Assembly: GCA_944332295.1 (NCBI GenBank)
Contig: CALVJR010000002.1
Span: forward strand, 3,555 to 67,554
Source: an uncultured Bacilli bacterium
Lineage (GTDB): Bacteria; Bacillota_I; Bacilli_A; RF39; UBA660
Reading direction: 5' to 3'
Length of the DNA: 64,000 bases
Under the pieces are notes generated by a model. That model did not search any database, was not told the DNA's origin, and worked only from the letters and a program-made list of their open reading frames with translations. The position numbers were made by a program, and so were the translations under genes. This document shows, in pieces, positions 1 to 10,443 of this stretch; positions within the stretch are counted from its first letter, which is position 1; the number at the start of each line of letters is the position of its first letter.

Positions 1-2
1 AT

Positions 3-620
3 ATTGCCGCTATTTCTAAATTTATGAAATATGGTAATATATTTTGTATTATTACAGGGAGAAATTATTCTAATATTAAAGTATTATTAAACGAATATAA
101 AATTCCTTATCATTATTTAATATGTCAAGATGGTGTTAAAATATTTGATTCTATGGATTATTGTTTTTCTACGGAATATTTATCTAGAGAAAAGATAGAA
201 AAGATTATTCCAGTTATGGAGAAGTATTCTTTTGAATATTATTTAGATGATGGATATAATGAAACAACTAATATGGATGATTGTGTTAAAGTAGTTGGTA
301 TTATTAATGATAGAGAAGAAGATGCTAAAAAGGTAGTAGAAGAGTTAAGAAATTTAGGTTTTTATGCATATCTTAGTACTTATTATATTAATGTTATTGA
401 TTCTACTGTTAATAAAAGTGTGGCATTAGAAAAAGTATTAGTTCATGCAGATTGTTATAAAGATGATTTGTATGTGATAGGGGATAGTGTTAACGATTTA
501 GAGATGCTTTCTACTTTTCAGGGTGCTATTATGAAAAATCATAGTACAGAGCTTGATAAATTAAATAAGAAAACATATGATACCTTATATGAATATATTG
601 AAGAATTAGAAAAAAACTAA
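3..620 (+). CDS. HAD-superfamily (Cof-type, HAD-IIB) phosphatase, 5' end cut by the window edge
   Basis: The frame is open from nt 3 (first ATG at 24). It has the TGR motif-II region and the GDSVNDLEM motif IV typical of Cof-type HAD hydrolases. The N-terminal DxD motif must lie upstream of the window. Confidence 0.7.
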   Translation: MAAISKFMKYGNIFCIITGRNYSNIKVLLNEYKIPYHYLICQDGVKIFDSMDYCFSTEYLSREKIEKIIPVMEKYSFEYYLDDGYNETTNMDDCVKVVGIINDREEDAKKVVEELRNLGFYAYLSTYYINVIDSTVNKSVALEKVLVHADCYKDDLYVIGDSVNDLEMLSTFQGAIMKNHSTELDKLNKKTYDTLYEYIEELEKN

Positions 621-654
621 TTCTTTTTTCATATATTTTATTAGGTGATATCGT

Positions 655-1260
655 TTGGGAGATTTTGTTTTTTCATTGATTGAAAACTTTGGTTATTTTG
701 GTATGTTTTTAGGTATGGTTTTGGAAGCTGTTATTATTGTTATTCCAAGTGAAGCTATTTTAGCAACGGGTGGTATTTTAGCCAGTCGTGGTGTTTTTTC
801 TTTTTTTGGAGCTTTTTTAATAGGTCTTGTTGGTAGTGTCTTTTGTGCCATTGTTATTTATTTCATGGGATATTTTGGAGGAAGACCATTTATTAGGAAA
901 TTCGGAAAATACTTTTTTATGAAGGAAGAAGATATTGAAAAAAGTGATTCTTGGTTTTTAAGATATGGGATGTTTGGTGCACTGATTGGACGTAATTTTC
1001 CTATTATTCGAACTCTTATTTCATTACCTATTGGTATTATGAGAATGTCTTTTTTTAAGTTTTTGATTTTTACTATCATTGGATCTATTCCATGGACTTT
1101 TTTATTTGTTTATTTAGGTTATGCTCTTGGTAATAGTTGGATTTATGTTAGTGCTAAAATATCTTGGTTGAAGCTTCCTATTAAGGTTTTACTTGGCTTT
1201 ATTGTGATATTTTACTTTTATAAGAAGATTACTAAGAAGTTAATCACTCGTGAAAAATAA
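655..1260 (+). CDS. DedA-family inner membrane protein
   Basis: 201 aa with several TM helices and a DedA/SNARE-associated pattern (FGYFGMFLGMVLEA, IPSE, RNFPIIRTLISLPIG). TTG start sits 6 nt after AGGTGA. Confidence 0.75.
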   Translation: MGDFVFSLIENFGYFGMFLGMVLEAVIIVIPSEAILATGGILASRGVFSFFGAFLIGLVGSVFCAIVIYFMGYFGGRPFIRKFGKYFFMKEEDIEKSDSWFLRYGMFGALIGRNFPIIRTLISLPIGIMRMSFFKFLIFTIIGSIPWTFLFVYLGYALGNSWIYVSAKISWLKLPIKVLLGFIVIFYFYKKITKKLITREK

Positions 1261-1403
1261 TTTTTAAATACTTTAATATTAGTTATTATATTTTACTTGG
1301 TGAATTAATGTATTGTGTGGTAGAATTATTATAGGTAAAGATAAAGTCAGTATGATAAGATGCTTTGTTTTCATTTAAATATTGTTGTAGGTAGGTAGTG
1401 AGT

Positions 1404-2477
1404 ATGAAGAAAGTTATTTTACGAATTGAACATTTAAAAAAATCTTTTGGTAATAAAGAGGTCATAAAAAATTTTGATTTAGATGTGTATGAAGGTGAAT
1501 TTTTAACATTACTTGGTTCTTCCGGATGTGGAAAAACTACTATCTTAAGGGCAATTGCTGGATTAGATTCTGTTTCTGACGGTCATATTTATATCGATGG
1601 AAAAGATGTTACTATGTTAGATCCAAAATATCGTGAAGTTAATACTATTTTTCAAAATTATGCATTATTTCCTTTAATGACAGTAGAAGAAAATATTGGA
1701 TTTGGTTTAAAAATGAAAAAGGTTAATAAACAGGAAATTAAAAAACGTGTACAAGAAATGCTAGAACTTGTTCATTTGCAAGGATATGAGAAACGCAAAC
1801 CAAAAGAATTGTCAGGAGGAGAGCAGCAAAGAGTTTCGATTGCACGTGGATTAATTAATAATCCTAAAGTATTATTATTGGATGAACCATTATCAGCATT
1901 GGATCAAAAACTACGAAAAAGTATGCAATTGGAATTAAAACAATTACAAAAGAAATTAGGTATTACGTTTATTTATGTAACTCATTCACAAGATGAGGCT
2001 TTGACTATGAGTGACCGAATTGTTTTATTAAAAGATGGAGTGATTCAACAAGTGGATACTCCAGTAAAAATTTATGAGCATCCTAATAGTTTATATACAG
2101 CTCAGTTTTTGGGTGATTCTAATTTATTTCAAGGAATAGTAACTAGAGTCGAAGATAATTATACCTGGGTAAAAGTAGATGATGCTACTTTGAAGATTGT
2201 TTCTCATGGTTGGTGTGTAGGTGATGCACTAAATATTCTTTTGCGACCTGAAAATATAAAAATTATTTTAAAGGAAAAAAAAGAAAATACACTTCAAGGT
2301 ACGATTGTTGACCGGGTTTATGACGGTGCTTCGACCAATTTAACAATTCGAGTTAATAAGAAAAAAATAAATGTCATGTATTTAGGTAATGATAAGTTAT
2401 ATAGTAGAGGACAATCTGTATATATTACATGGGATATCGAAGATACTATTGTACTTAAGAGGGAAGCCTATGAATAG
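1404..2477 (+). CDS. potA: Spermidine/putrescine ABC transporter ATP-binding protein PotA
   Basis: Walker A GSSGCGKTT, ABC signature LSGGEQQR, Walker B LLLDEP, plus a C-terminal TOBE-like regulatory domain. It heads a potABCD-ordered operon. The ATG at 1404 is preferred over the GTG at 1398. Confidence 0.9.
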   Translation: MKKVILRIEHLKKSFGNKEVIKNFDLDVYEGEFLTLLGSSGCGKTTILRAIAGLDSVSDGHIYIDGKDVTMLDPKYREVNTIFQNYALFPLMTVEENIGFGLKMKKVNKQEIKKRVQEMLELVHLQGYEKRKPKELSGGEQQRVSIARGLINNPKVLLLDEPLSALDQKLRKSMQLELKQLQKKLGITFIYVTHSQDEALTMSDRIVLLKDGVIQQVDTPVKIYEHPNSLYTAQFLGDSNLFQGIVTRVEDNYTWVKVDDATLKIVSHGWCVGDALNILLRPENIKIILKEKKENTLQGTIVDRVYDGASTNLTIRVNKKKINVMYLGNDKLYSRGQSVYITWDIEDTIVLKREAYE

Positions 2478-3324
2478 TAAGAAATTGTGGAAATTTTTCT
2501 TTATTTGTCCAGTTATTATTTATGTATCTTTATTAATTGCATTACCTTTAATTTATATTCTCTTAATTAGTTTTTTTCAAAGTGATTATTATGGTGGAAT
2601 GATAAGTACTTTTACAATACAAAATTATATTGATGTATTTGATCAAGTTTATATTAGTGTCTTTTTAAAATCCATCTTTATTGCAGGAATTACTACATTT
2701 ATTTGTATTTTGATTTCTTATCCTTTCGTTTTAGCAATTTCTCATAAAAAGCCTAGAACACAAAAGATATTAATGACATTGGTTATGGTTCCTTTTTTAA
2801 CTAATTCATTAATCCGTATGTATGGTTGGTTAGTGTTACTTAGAAAATCTGGAGTTATTAATCAAGTATTAATGGGATTGGGTGTTATACAGGAGCCGCT
2901 ATCTCTTATGTATAATATGATTGGAATTATTATTGGAATGGTTTATACTTTACTACCGTTTATGATTTTGCCATTGTATAGCTCTGTTAGTACTGTGGAT
3001 CCTTATTTATTAGAAGCATCTAGCGATTTAGGAGCTTCTAAAATGAAAACCTTTTTTAAAATTATTGTTCCACAAACTTTGCCTGGACTATTTAATGGAA
3101 GTTTAATGGTTTTTACTCCTGCATTAGGATATTTCTTTATTGTAGATATTCTTGGCGGTGGAAAAATGATGATTCTAGGAAACTTAATAAAAAATCAGTT
3201 CTTAACAGCTCGTAATTGGCCATTTGGTGCTGCTATTTCGATTGTTTTAGTTTTAATTACTTCTCTTGTAATTATTGCTTATCGTAAATTAGGTGGAAAA
3301 ATGGAAGATTTAGGAGGTGCTTAA
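2470..3324 (+). CDS. potB: Spermidine/putrescine ABC transporter permease PotB
   Basis: Polytopic permease with EAA loop (LEASSDLGASKMKTFFKIIVPQ). Start taken at MNSKKLWKF after AAGAGGGA, overlapping the potA stop. The upstream extension in the ORF track lies inside potA. Confidence 0.88.
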   Translation: MNSKKLWKFFFICPVIIYVSLLIALPLIYILLISFFQSDYYGGMISTFTIQNYIDVFDQVYISVFLKSIFIAGITTFICILISYPFVLAISHKKPRTQKILMTLVMVPFLTNSLIRMYGWLVLLRKSGVINQVLMGLGVIQEPLSLMYNMIGIIIGMVYTLLPFMILPLYSSVSTVDPYLLEASSDLGASKMKTFFKIIVPQTLPGLFNGSLMVFTPALGYFFIVDILGGGKMMILGNLIKNQFLTARNWPFGAAISIVLVLITSLVIIAYRKLGGKMEDLGGA

Positions 3325-4109
3325 TGAAAAAAATTGGTGAAAATTTATATCTTGTATTAATATTTGTTTTTTTGTTTTTACCTATTTTGGTATTAATACT
3401 ATTTTCTTTTAATACTTCTAGTTTAAATATTATATTTGAAGGTTTTACTCTTCATTGGTATTATGATTTGTTTCAGAATAGCACTCTTTTAGAATCTCTT
3501 TTTAATACCCTTATTGTAGCAGGTGTGAGTACTGTTGTTTCTACTGTTATTGGTACTATTTCTGCTTATGGATTATATAAGTATTCTTTTAAAGGTAAAA
3601 ATATTGTTAATGAACTTTTATATATTCCTGTTGTTATACCAGAAATTGTTTTAGGAATATCTTTGTTATCTGTTTATACTTTATTGCAATTGGAATTAGG
3701 TTTATTTACTTTAATTTTGGCGCATATTTGTTTTTGTATTCCGTTTGTAATTATTAGTGTTAGATCTGTATTGGAAGGAATTGATTCTCATATTTCGGAA
3801 GCTGCAAGTGATTTAGGTGCTAGTAGATTTCAGATATTTACTAAGATTATTATTCCGATGTTAATGCCTGGTATTTTAAGCGGGGCACAACTCGCACTTA
3901 CTCTTTCTTTGGATGATGTGGTCATTAGTTATTTTACGGCAGGGCCTGGTGCTAATACTTTACCACTTCAAGTATATTCTATGATTAAAACAGGTATTAC
4001 TCCAGATGTAAATGCTTTGATTACTATTATGTTATGCTTTGTTTTTGTTTTACTTATGGTTTCTACTGTTGTTCAGTTACGGCGTTTAAAGAAAGAGGTA
4101 AGTTTATGA
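3324..4109 (+). CDS. potC: Spermidine/putrescine ABC transporter permease PotC
   Basis: Six-TM permease with EAA loop (EAASDLGASRFQIFTKIIIP). Start immediately follows potB. Confidence 0.88.
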   Translation: MKKIGENLYLVLIFVFLFLPILVLILFSFNTSSLNIIFEGFTLHWYYDLFQNSTLLESLFNTLIVAGVSTVVSTVIGTISAYGLYKYSFKGKNIVNELLYIPVVIPEIVLGISLLSVYTLLQLELGLFTLILAHICFCIPFVIISVRSVLEGIDSHISEAASDLGASRFQIFTKIIIPMLMPGILSGAQLALTLSLDDVVISYFTAGPGANTLPLQVYSMIKTGITPDVNALITIMLCFVFVLLMVSTVVQLRRLKKEVSL

Positions 4110-5143
4110 GAAATATAATGAAAATAAGTGTTGTATATTGTTTGTTTATGGCTTTTTTGCTATCAGGTTGTTCTAAACAGGATACAAAAGTAGTAAATGT
4201 ATTGAATTGGTCTTCTTATATTCCTGATTCTGTTATTCGTAGTTTTGAAAAGGAGACTGGAATTCAAGTTAATTATAGTACTTATTCTTCTAATGAAGAA
4301 TGTTTAGCTAAGGTTTCTTCTGCTAAAAAGGGTACTTATGATTTGATTTTTCCAAGTGATTATATGATTGAAATTATGATTAAAAGGGAAATGTTAGAAT
4401 TATTAGATCAAACTCAATTACAAAATGTTGGTAATCTTGATACTTTTTATTTAAATCAATCCTTTGATCCTGGAAATAGATATTCTTTACCATTTGTAAT
4501 GGCTTCTACTGTAATTGCTGTTAATAGGGATTATATTTCTGATGAGATTATATCGTATCAGGATTTACTTAATGAAAAATATTATAATAACATTACATTG
4601 ATCGATGATCAGAGAATTATTATTGGTATGGCACTACTTGCTAATGGTTATGATATGAATACTACTGATGAAGAGGCATTGGAAGTTGCTAAAGATTGGC
4701 TTCTTCAGTTAAAACCTAATATTAAGGCATTCGATAGTGATAGTCCTAAAAACTTTTTGGTTACAGAAGAGGCAGATATTGCAGTGTTATGGAATGCTGA
4801 GGCTGCGCTTGCATATCAAGAAAATAATAATATTGAGTTTATTTATCCTAAGGAAGGTAGTGCACTTAGTATGGATAATTTTGCAATTCCTAAAGGAGCA
4901 AAACATCAAAGTGAGGCTTATCAATTTATCGATTATATATTACGAGCTGATGTGATGAAAAAAATTATTGAATCTTATCCATATAAAAATGTGAATCAAG
5001 CTACTCAAACTTTGCTTGGCACGGATTATTTATATAATATTGCATCTAATATTCCAGCATCTATTATTGAAAGTGGTTTTTATGTTGAAAATATTGGTGA
5101 ATCTGTTAAATTATATGACAAATTATGGGCAGAAATTAAATAA
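4106..5143 (+). CDS. potD: Spermidine/putrescine-binding lipoprotein PotD
   Basis: Signal peptide with lipobox LLSGC. Size and pattern fit a PotD/PotF-type solute-binding protein. ATGA overlap with potC; the track's upstream extension is inside potC. Confidence 0.85.
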   Translation: MRNIMKISVVYCLFMAFLLSGCSKQDTKVVNVLNWSSYIPDSVIRSFEKETGIQVNYSTYSSNEECLAKVSSAKKGTYDLIFPSDYMIEIMIKREMLELLDQTQLQNVGNLDTFYLNQSFDPGNRYSLPFVMASTVIAVNRDYISDEIISYQDLLNEKYYNNITLIDDQRIIIGMALLANGYDMNTTDEEALEVAKDWLLQLKPNIKAFDSDSPKNFLVTEEADIAVLWNAEAALAYQENNNIEFIYPKEGSALSMDNFAIPKGAKHQSEAYQFIDYILRADVMKKIIESYPYKNVNQATQTLLGTDYLYNIASNIPASIIESGFYVENIGESVKLYDKLWAEIK

Positions 5144-5250
5144 TGGTCTTAAGTAAAATACTGTCATTTTGTGTATAGTAACGGATAAATTTTCTATACA
5201 TAATGATAAAATGTGTTATACTTTAGATATATAAGGTAAGGAGGTAAGTT

Positions 5251-6231
5251 ATGAAGAAAGATTACGTAGATACAAGTGATTTTTCGAAAGAAGAATTGTT
5301 GGATATTGCTAACTTAGGAATTCTTATCAAAAAGAATTTAAAAGCTGGTTATCCATTAAATGTCTTGTATCACAAGTCGCTTGGAATGATATTTGAACAA
5401 GCGTCAACAAGAACACGTGTGTCATTTGAAACAGCAATGACACAATTAGGAGGTCATGCTCAATATTTGGCTCCGGGTCAAATTCAATTAGGAAAGCATG
5501 AAACTTATTACGATACAGCAAAGGTTTTGTCTCGCCTTGTAGATATTTTAATGGCTCGTGTGCAAAAACATGAATCTATTACAAACTTGGCAAAATATGC
5601 TGATATTCCAGTTATTAATGGAATGAGTGATTATAATCATCCAACACAAGAAATGGGAGATTTAACTACAATGTTGGAACATTTACCAGAAGGTAAGCGT
5701 TTTGAAGATTGTAAAGTTGTGTTTGTAGGAGATGCTACTCAAGTGTGTGCATCACTTATGATGATTGTTACAAAATTAGGTGGACATTTTGTTCATTTCG
5801 GTCCAAAAGGTTTTCAATTAAATGAACATTTTCAAAAAATTGCAGAGGAAAACTGTAAAGTTAGTGGAGGTAGTTTTTTAATTACTGATAATGAGGATGA
5901 AGCGATTCCTGGTGCGGATTTTATTTATACTGATGTATGGTATGGATTATATGAATCTGAATTACCTGAGGAAGAGAGAAAAGCAATTTTTTATCCAAAA
6001 TATCAGGTTGATATGGAAATGATGAATAAAGCAGGAGCTAATGCTAAATTTATGCATTGTTTACCTGCAACACGTGGTGAAGAAGTAACAGATGAAGTTA
6101 TGGATTCAGATCGTTCTATTGCTTTTGATGAAGCAGAGAATCGTTTGACTTCTATTCGTGCTTTACTTGTTTACTTCATGGGTAAACGTGATGAAACAAT
6201 TGAAATATGTAAAAGAAATTTAGGAGAGTAA
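5251..6231 (+). CDS. ptcA: Putrescine carbamoyltransferase (OTC-family carbamoyltransferase of the agmatine deiminase pathway)
   Basis: Carbamoyltransferase motifs STRTR, HPTQ and HCLP. Strong RBS AAGGAGG. The putrescine-versus-ornithine specificity is inferred from its position directly upstream of the antiporter, agmatine deiminase and carbamate kinase. Confidence 0.75.
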   Translation: MKKDYVDTSDFSKEELLDIANLGILIKKNLKAGYPLNVLYHKSLGMIFEQASTRTRVSFETAMTQLGGHAQYLAPGQIQLGKHETYYDTAKVLSRLVDILMARVQKHESITNLAKYADIPVINGMSDYNHPTQEMGDLTTMLEHLPEGKRFEDCKVVFVGDATQVCASLMMIVTKLGGHFVHFGPKGFQLNEHFQKIAEENCKVSGGSFLITDNEDEAIPGADFIYTDVWYGLYESELPEEERKAIFYPKYQVDMEMMNKAGANAKFMHCLPATRGEEVTDEVMDSDRSIAFDEAENRLTSIRALLVYFMGKRDETIEICKRNLGE

Positions 6232-6246
6232 AAGTAGGTATTTTAT

Positions 6247-7638
6247 ATGGAAACGAAAAAGAAAAAAAAGTTTAAATTAGTAGATGCCATACTTGCAACT
6301 GTATGTATTACGTTAGTTGCTGAAAGTGTTGCACCTACTGCTGCTATCGGAAATTCTCAATATTTCTGGTGGATTTTATTAATTTTAGCATTTTGTTTAC
6401 CTTATGGATTAATTACAGCAGAGTTAGGTAGTACTTTTAATAGTGAAGGCGGTATGTATGACTGGGTAAAAAAAGCCTTCGGTAAAAAATGGGCAGCTCG
6501 TGTTGCTTGGAATTATTGGATTAATTTCCCATTATGGATTGCGTCTTTAGCTGTTGCAGTTACAGATGTTATTGCTAGTATTTTTGGGATTGAATTATCT
6601 ATTGTATGGTTATTAATTTTACAACTTGGTTATACTTGGGTAGTTTCTCTTTTGGGAACTAAGCGTATTGGTGAGAGTAAATGGATTGTAAATGTTGGAA
6701 CATTTTTCAAGATTCTATTTATGGTAGGATTAGGTTTGTTAGGTATTTATGTATTTATAGTTACGGGACAAAGTGCTAATCCAATTCAAAGTGTAACTGA
6801 TTTACTACCTAGTTTAGATTTGGCTGGACTTTCTTTTATTTCAGTTATTATCTTTAATTTCTTAGGATTTGAAGTAGTTGCTACTTATACAGATGATATG
6901 GAAAATCCTAAAAGAGAAATTCCTAAAGCATTAATTATAGGTGGTGCTTTAATGGCATTATTCTATATTTTACCTGCTACTGGTATTAATATTGCAATGA
7001 CTACAGAACAAGCTGAAGTAGCTGGTATTACTGATTCATTTGCAATTTTACTTACACAATTAGGTATGAATGCTGATTTAGTTCGTATTATTGTAATTGT
7101 TGTAGGACTTATGTTTATTTATACAATGGTTGCTAATATTGTTTCTTGGTCATTTGGAGTAAACAGTGTGGCAAAATATTCTGCTGATGATGGTGGACTT
7201 CCAAAGGTCTTTAGTAAAACAAATAAAGAAGGCGTTCCTTATATGGCATCTATTATGAATGGTGTTGTTGCAACTGTTGTTGTCGTACTTGGAATTATTC
7301 TTGGTGTAGTTAGTGAAGAAGCATCTAATTTATTCTGGACATTCTTTAGTTTCAGTTTAGTAACTTTATTAATTAGTTATATTCCATTATTCCCAGCTTT
7401 CTTAAAACTTCGTAAGACAGATAAGACAAAGAGATCTTATAAAGTTCCTGGTGGTCCTGCTATGCTTAATATTATTACCTGGGTACCATTTGTATTGTTG
7501 ATTGCTGGTGTTGTGTTTACATTATTTATTGACTTTACCTGGGCATCTATTCAAGCTAATTTGCCTGTTATTATTGGTGTTATAGTTTCATTTATTATTG
7601 AAGAAATTCTTGTAAGTAGAGTAAAGGAAGAAGGTTAA
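6247..7638 (+). CDS. aguD: APC-family amino acid/polyamine antiporter, probably agmatine:putrescine antiporter
   Basis: 463 aa with about 12 TM helices and APC-superfamily architecture. It sits between the carbamoyltransferase and agmatine deiminase genes. Confidence 0.75.
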   Translation: METKKKKKFKLVDAILATVCITLVAESVAPTAAIGNSQYFWWILLILAFCLPYGLITAELGSTFNSEGGMYDWVKKAFGKKWAARVAWNYWINFPLWIASLAVAVTDVIASIFGIELSIVWLLILQLGYTWVVSLLGTKRIGESKWIVNVGTFFKILFMVGLGLLGIYVFIVTGQSANPIQSVTDLLPSLDLAGLSFISVIIFNFLGFEVVATYTDDMENPKREIPKALIIGGALMALFYILPATGINIAMTTEQAEVAGITDSFAILLTQLGMNADLVRIIVIVVGLMFIYTMVANIVSWSFGVNSVAKYSADDGGLPKVFSKTNKEGVPYMASIMNGVVATVVVVLGIILGVVSEEASNLFWTFFSFSLVTLLISYIPLFPAFLKLRKTDKTKRSYKVPGGPAMLNIITWVPFVLLIAGVVFTLFIDFTWASIQANLPVIIGVIVSFIIEEILVSRVKEEG

Positions 7639-7641
7639 AAT

Positions 7642-8754
7642 ATGAAAAGATTAGTTACAACTCCTAAGATAGATGGTTTTAGAATGCCAGGTGAATTTGA
7701 ACCTCATCGTGGCACATATATGATTTGGCCTGAGAGACCAGATAATTGGCGATTGGGAGCAAAGCCTGCACAACATGTATTTGCTCAAGTTGCTAATACT
7801 ATTGCAAAATATGAACCAATTACTATGGTAGTATCTTATGAGCAATATGCAAATGCTAGACATATGTTGGATCCAAAAGTTCGTGTTGTTGAAATGAGTA
7901 GTAATGATTCTTGGATGAGAGACTGTGGAGCTACTTTTGTTGTTAATGATAAAGGTGACATTCGTGGAGTAGATTGGTATTTTAATGCCTGGGGAGGATT
8001 AGTTGATGGACTTTATTTTCCTTGGGATAAGGATGATGCTATTGCACAAAAAATGTGTGAATTAGAGGGCTGTGATAGTTATCGTTTACCTGATTTTATC
8101 CTAGAAGGCGGTTCTATTCATGTTGATGGTGAAGGTACTGTTATGGCTTGTGCTGAAACATTACTTCGTCCAGAATCTGGTAGAAATGTACCAAATATGA
8201 CGAAAGAAGAAATTGAAAAAACTTTATGTGATTATTTAGGTTGTACTAAAGTATTATGGATTCCTGAAGGAATTTATAATGATGAGACTAATGGTCATAT
8301 TGATAATATTTGTAATTTTGTACGTCCTGGAGAAGTTGTTCTTGCTTGGACAGATGATGAAAGTGATCCTCAATATGAAATTAGTAAGAAGGCTTTAGAA
8401 TATTTAGAAAGTGAAACTGATGCTAAAGGTAGAAAGATTATTGTACATAAGCTTTATACACCAAAACCAATTCTTATTTCTAAAGAAGAAAGCGAAGGTG
8501 TGGATGCAGTAGATGGTACACTTCCTAGACAAGAGGGAGATCGTTTAGCAGCTTCTTATGTTAATTACTATACTGGAAACGGATTTGTTGCATTGCCAGT
8601 GTTTAATGATCCTCATGATCAAAAAGCAATCGACTTACTTCAATCATTATATCCGGATCGTGTAATTGAACCTATTTATGCTAGAGAAATTTTATTAGGC
8701 GGTGGAAATATCCATTGTATTACACAACAAGTTCCTAGAGGAGACGCTAAATAA
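7642..8754 (+). CDS. aguA: Agmatine deiminase
   Basis: Guanidino-modifying enzyme pattern: [11 protein letters not shown]-terminus, SWMRDCG, and the C-terminal catalytic-Cys motif [11 protein letters not shown]. Confidence 0.9.
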   Translation: MKRLVTTPKIDGFRMPGEFEPHRGTYMIWPERPDNWRLGAKPAQHVFAQVANTIAKYEPITMVVSYEQYANARHMLDPKVRVVEMSSNDSWMRDCGATFVVNDKGDIRGVDWYFNAWGGLVDGLYFPWDKDDAIAQKMCELEGCDSYRLPDFILEGGSIHVDGEGTVMACAETLLRPESGRNVPNMTKEEIEKTLCDYLGCTKVLWIPEGIYNDETNGHIDNICNFVRPGEVVLAWTDDESDPQYEISKKALEYLESETDAKGRKIIVHKLYTPKPILISKEESEGVDAVDGTLPRQEGDRLAASYVNYYTGNGFVALPVFNDPHDQKAIDLLQSLYPDRVIEPIYAREILLGGGNIHCITQQVPRGDAK

Positions 8755-8763
8755 TAGTGCTTT

Positions 8764-8793
8764 AAGAAGAGTTTACATACTCTTCTTTTTTTT
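8764..8793 (+). terminator. Rho-independent terminator after aguA
   Basis: 8-bp stem AAGAGAG.../...CTCTTCTT (aagaagag / ctcttctt), 8-nt loop, followed by a T-run. Confidence 0.7.
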
Positions 8794-8895
8794 ACACTTT
8801 TCTAATATGCTTATTGTTATTTTGTTTGCTGACCTTTTAATAAATATGATAAAATAAAGATAGGATATAATATGTAGAGTAAGAGGAGTGTAAAT

Positions 8896-9828
8896 ATGAA
8901 AAAAAGAATTGTAATAGCGTTAGGTGGGAATGCTTTAGGTAATAGTCCTGAAGAACAGTTAAGACTTGTTCAGAGTACTGCTAAAACTATTGTTGATTTA
9001 GCCGATGATTATGATATTGTTGTAACTCATGGAAATGGTCCACAAGTGGGAATGATTAATATGGCTATGGAGGTTGCTCATGATGAAGTTAATAGTCCTG
9101 ATGTTCCTTTTGCAGAATGTGGAGCAATGAGTCAAGGTTATATTGGTTATCATTTGCAACAATCAATACAAGAGGAATTGTATAAACGACATATGAGAAA
9201 AAATTGTGCTACTGTTTTGACTCAAGTAATTGTCGATAAAAATGATCCTGCATTTTCTAATCCTACAAAACCAATTGGTAGTTTTTATACGAAAGAAGAA
9301 GCTGAACAGTTATCTAAAGAGAGAGGATATATATTTAAAGAAGATGCTGGTAGAGGGTATCGTAGAGTTGTTGCTTCTCCAGCACCAAAGAAAATTGTTG
9401 AAACTAAAACTATAAAGTTACTTTTACAAAATAAGAATATTGTTATTGCTGGTGGTGGAGGAGGAATTCCTGTTATTTCTTATTATCGTCGATTAAAAGG
9501 TGTAGATGCAGTTATTGATAAAGATAAAACTAGTGCTAAAATAGCTATTGATATCAAGGCAGATATTTTCTTAATTTTAACTGCAGTAGAAAAAGTATGT
9601 ATTAATTATAATACTGAAAATGAGCAGGCATTAGATTCTTTAACTCCTAGTTTGGCTAGAAAGTATATTAGTACAGGTGAATTTAAACCTGGTAGTATGT
9701 TGCCTAAAATAGAAGCATGTTTGCAATTTGTTGAACATAATAGAAGAGGTGCTGTTGCGATAATTACTTCACTTGACAAAGCTAAACAAGCGTTAGAAGG
9801 AAAGACTGGAACAGTTATTGGTAGATAA
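8896..9828 (+). CDS. arcC: Carbamate kinase
   Basis: IALGGNALG and THGNGPQVG motifs at the N-terminus; 310 aa; completes the agmatine deiminase pathway. Confidence 0.9.
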   Translation: MKKRIVIALGGNALGNSPEEQLRLVQSTAKTIVDLADDYDIVVTHGNGPQVGMINMAMEVAHDEVNSPDVPFAECGAMSQGYIGYHLQQSIQEELYKRHMRKNCATVLTQVIVDKNDPAFSNPTKPIGSFYTKEEAEQLSKERGYIFKEDAGRGYRRVVASPAPKKIVETKTIKLLLQNKNIVIAGGGGGIPVISYYRRLKGVDAVIDKDKTSAKIAIDIKADIFLILTAVEKVCINYNTENEQALDSLTPSLARKYISTGEFKPGSMLPKIEACLQFVEHNRRGAVAIITSLDKAKQALEGKTGTVIGR

Positions 9829-9946
9829 CAATTTTTAATAGTAAATTAGTTTGATGAGGAATATAGTTTATTTAATTATGCTATATTTCTTTTTGCTGTA
9901 AAAAATAACATAATGTGTATAATATGTTGATAAGGAGGATTTTATA

Positions 9947-10369
9947 ATGTCTATTGTTAAAAAATTGTCTTTGTATGCAACTATTAGTACTTTAGGAATG
10001 TCTACTTTTGTTGGATGTGGTCATTCGGAGGATACTAATCAAGAAGAAGTTATTGCAGAAGAGAGTAGTAAGGAGCAGGAAGATGTTACGGAGATAAAGT
10101 ATTTTGATGTTAGGGAGCATGTGTTTTATCAATCTGATGTTATATTTTATAGTAGTGGAAATATTTCAATTCCAGAAGGTTATGCTATTATTGATATAGA
10201 TACTATTAGTCATGATAAAAAGGCGGATGAATATATTGTTTGGTTTCAAAATGAAGTTCCTGTAGAAGCTAAAGGCATTAAGGGCGAATTTGATGATGAA
10301 TATTATTATGGAGAACCTGGGACTCCTGTATTAGAGAAATCAGAAGAAGCTGTTCAGAAGGTAAAATAA
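9947..10369 (+). CDS. Small lipoprotein of unknown function
   Basis: Signal peptide ending in lipobox FVGC followed by an acidic linker. RBS AAGGAGG. No family recognised. Confidence 0.6.
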   Translation: MSIVKKLSLYATISTLGMSTFVGCGHSEDTNQEEVIAEESSKEQEDVTEIKYFDVREHVFYQSDVIFYSSGNISIPEGYAIIDIDTISHDKKADEYIVWFQNEVPVEAKGIKGEFDDEYYYGEPGTPVLEKSEEAVQKVK

Positions 10370-10443
10370 AAATATTAGAAAAGTCTAGTATTTTTTTTTA
10401 TTGTGTGATATAATTGGGAGCGACGTAAGAAGAGGTGTGAAGT

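Noticed and set aside
858-1079. 73-aa minus-strand ORF inside the DedA gene
   Set aside because: It is entirely antisense to a well-supported membrane-protein CDS, has no RBS, and its low-complexity composition is typical of AT-rich antisense frames.
2389-2469. N-terminal extensions in the ORF track (also 4034-4105, 13438-13452, 16385-16402, 18848-18949, 38518-38580, 48300-48356, 61130-61174)
   Set aside because: These extensions overlap the preceding gene or a terminator hairpin and lack an RBS. Internal starts preceded by GGAGG-like sites give the expected N-termini (signal peptides, conserved motifs).
5251-6231. Calling this gene ornithine carbamoyltransferase (argF/arcB)
   Set aside because: The motifs cannot separate OTCase from PTCase by eye. 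The immediate context is agmatine deiminase plus antiporter plus carbamate kinase, with no arginine deiminase, so PTCase is the better call.
4737-9415. Short ORFs 4737-4955 (+), 5327-5521 (-), 7651-7863 (-), 9230-9415 (+)
   Set aside because: Each is nested out of frame or antisense within potD, the carbamoyltransferase, agmatine deiminase or carbamate kinase genes, all of which have strong motif support.
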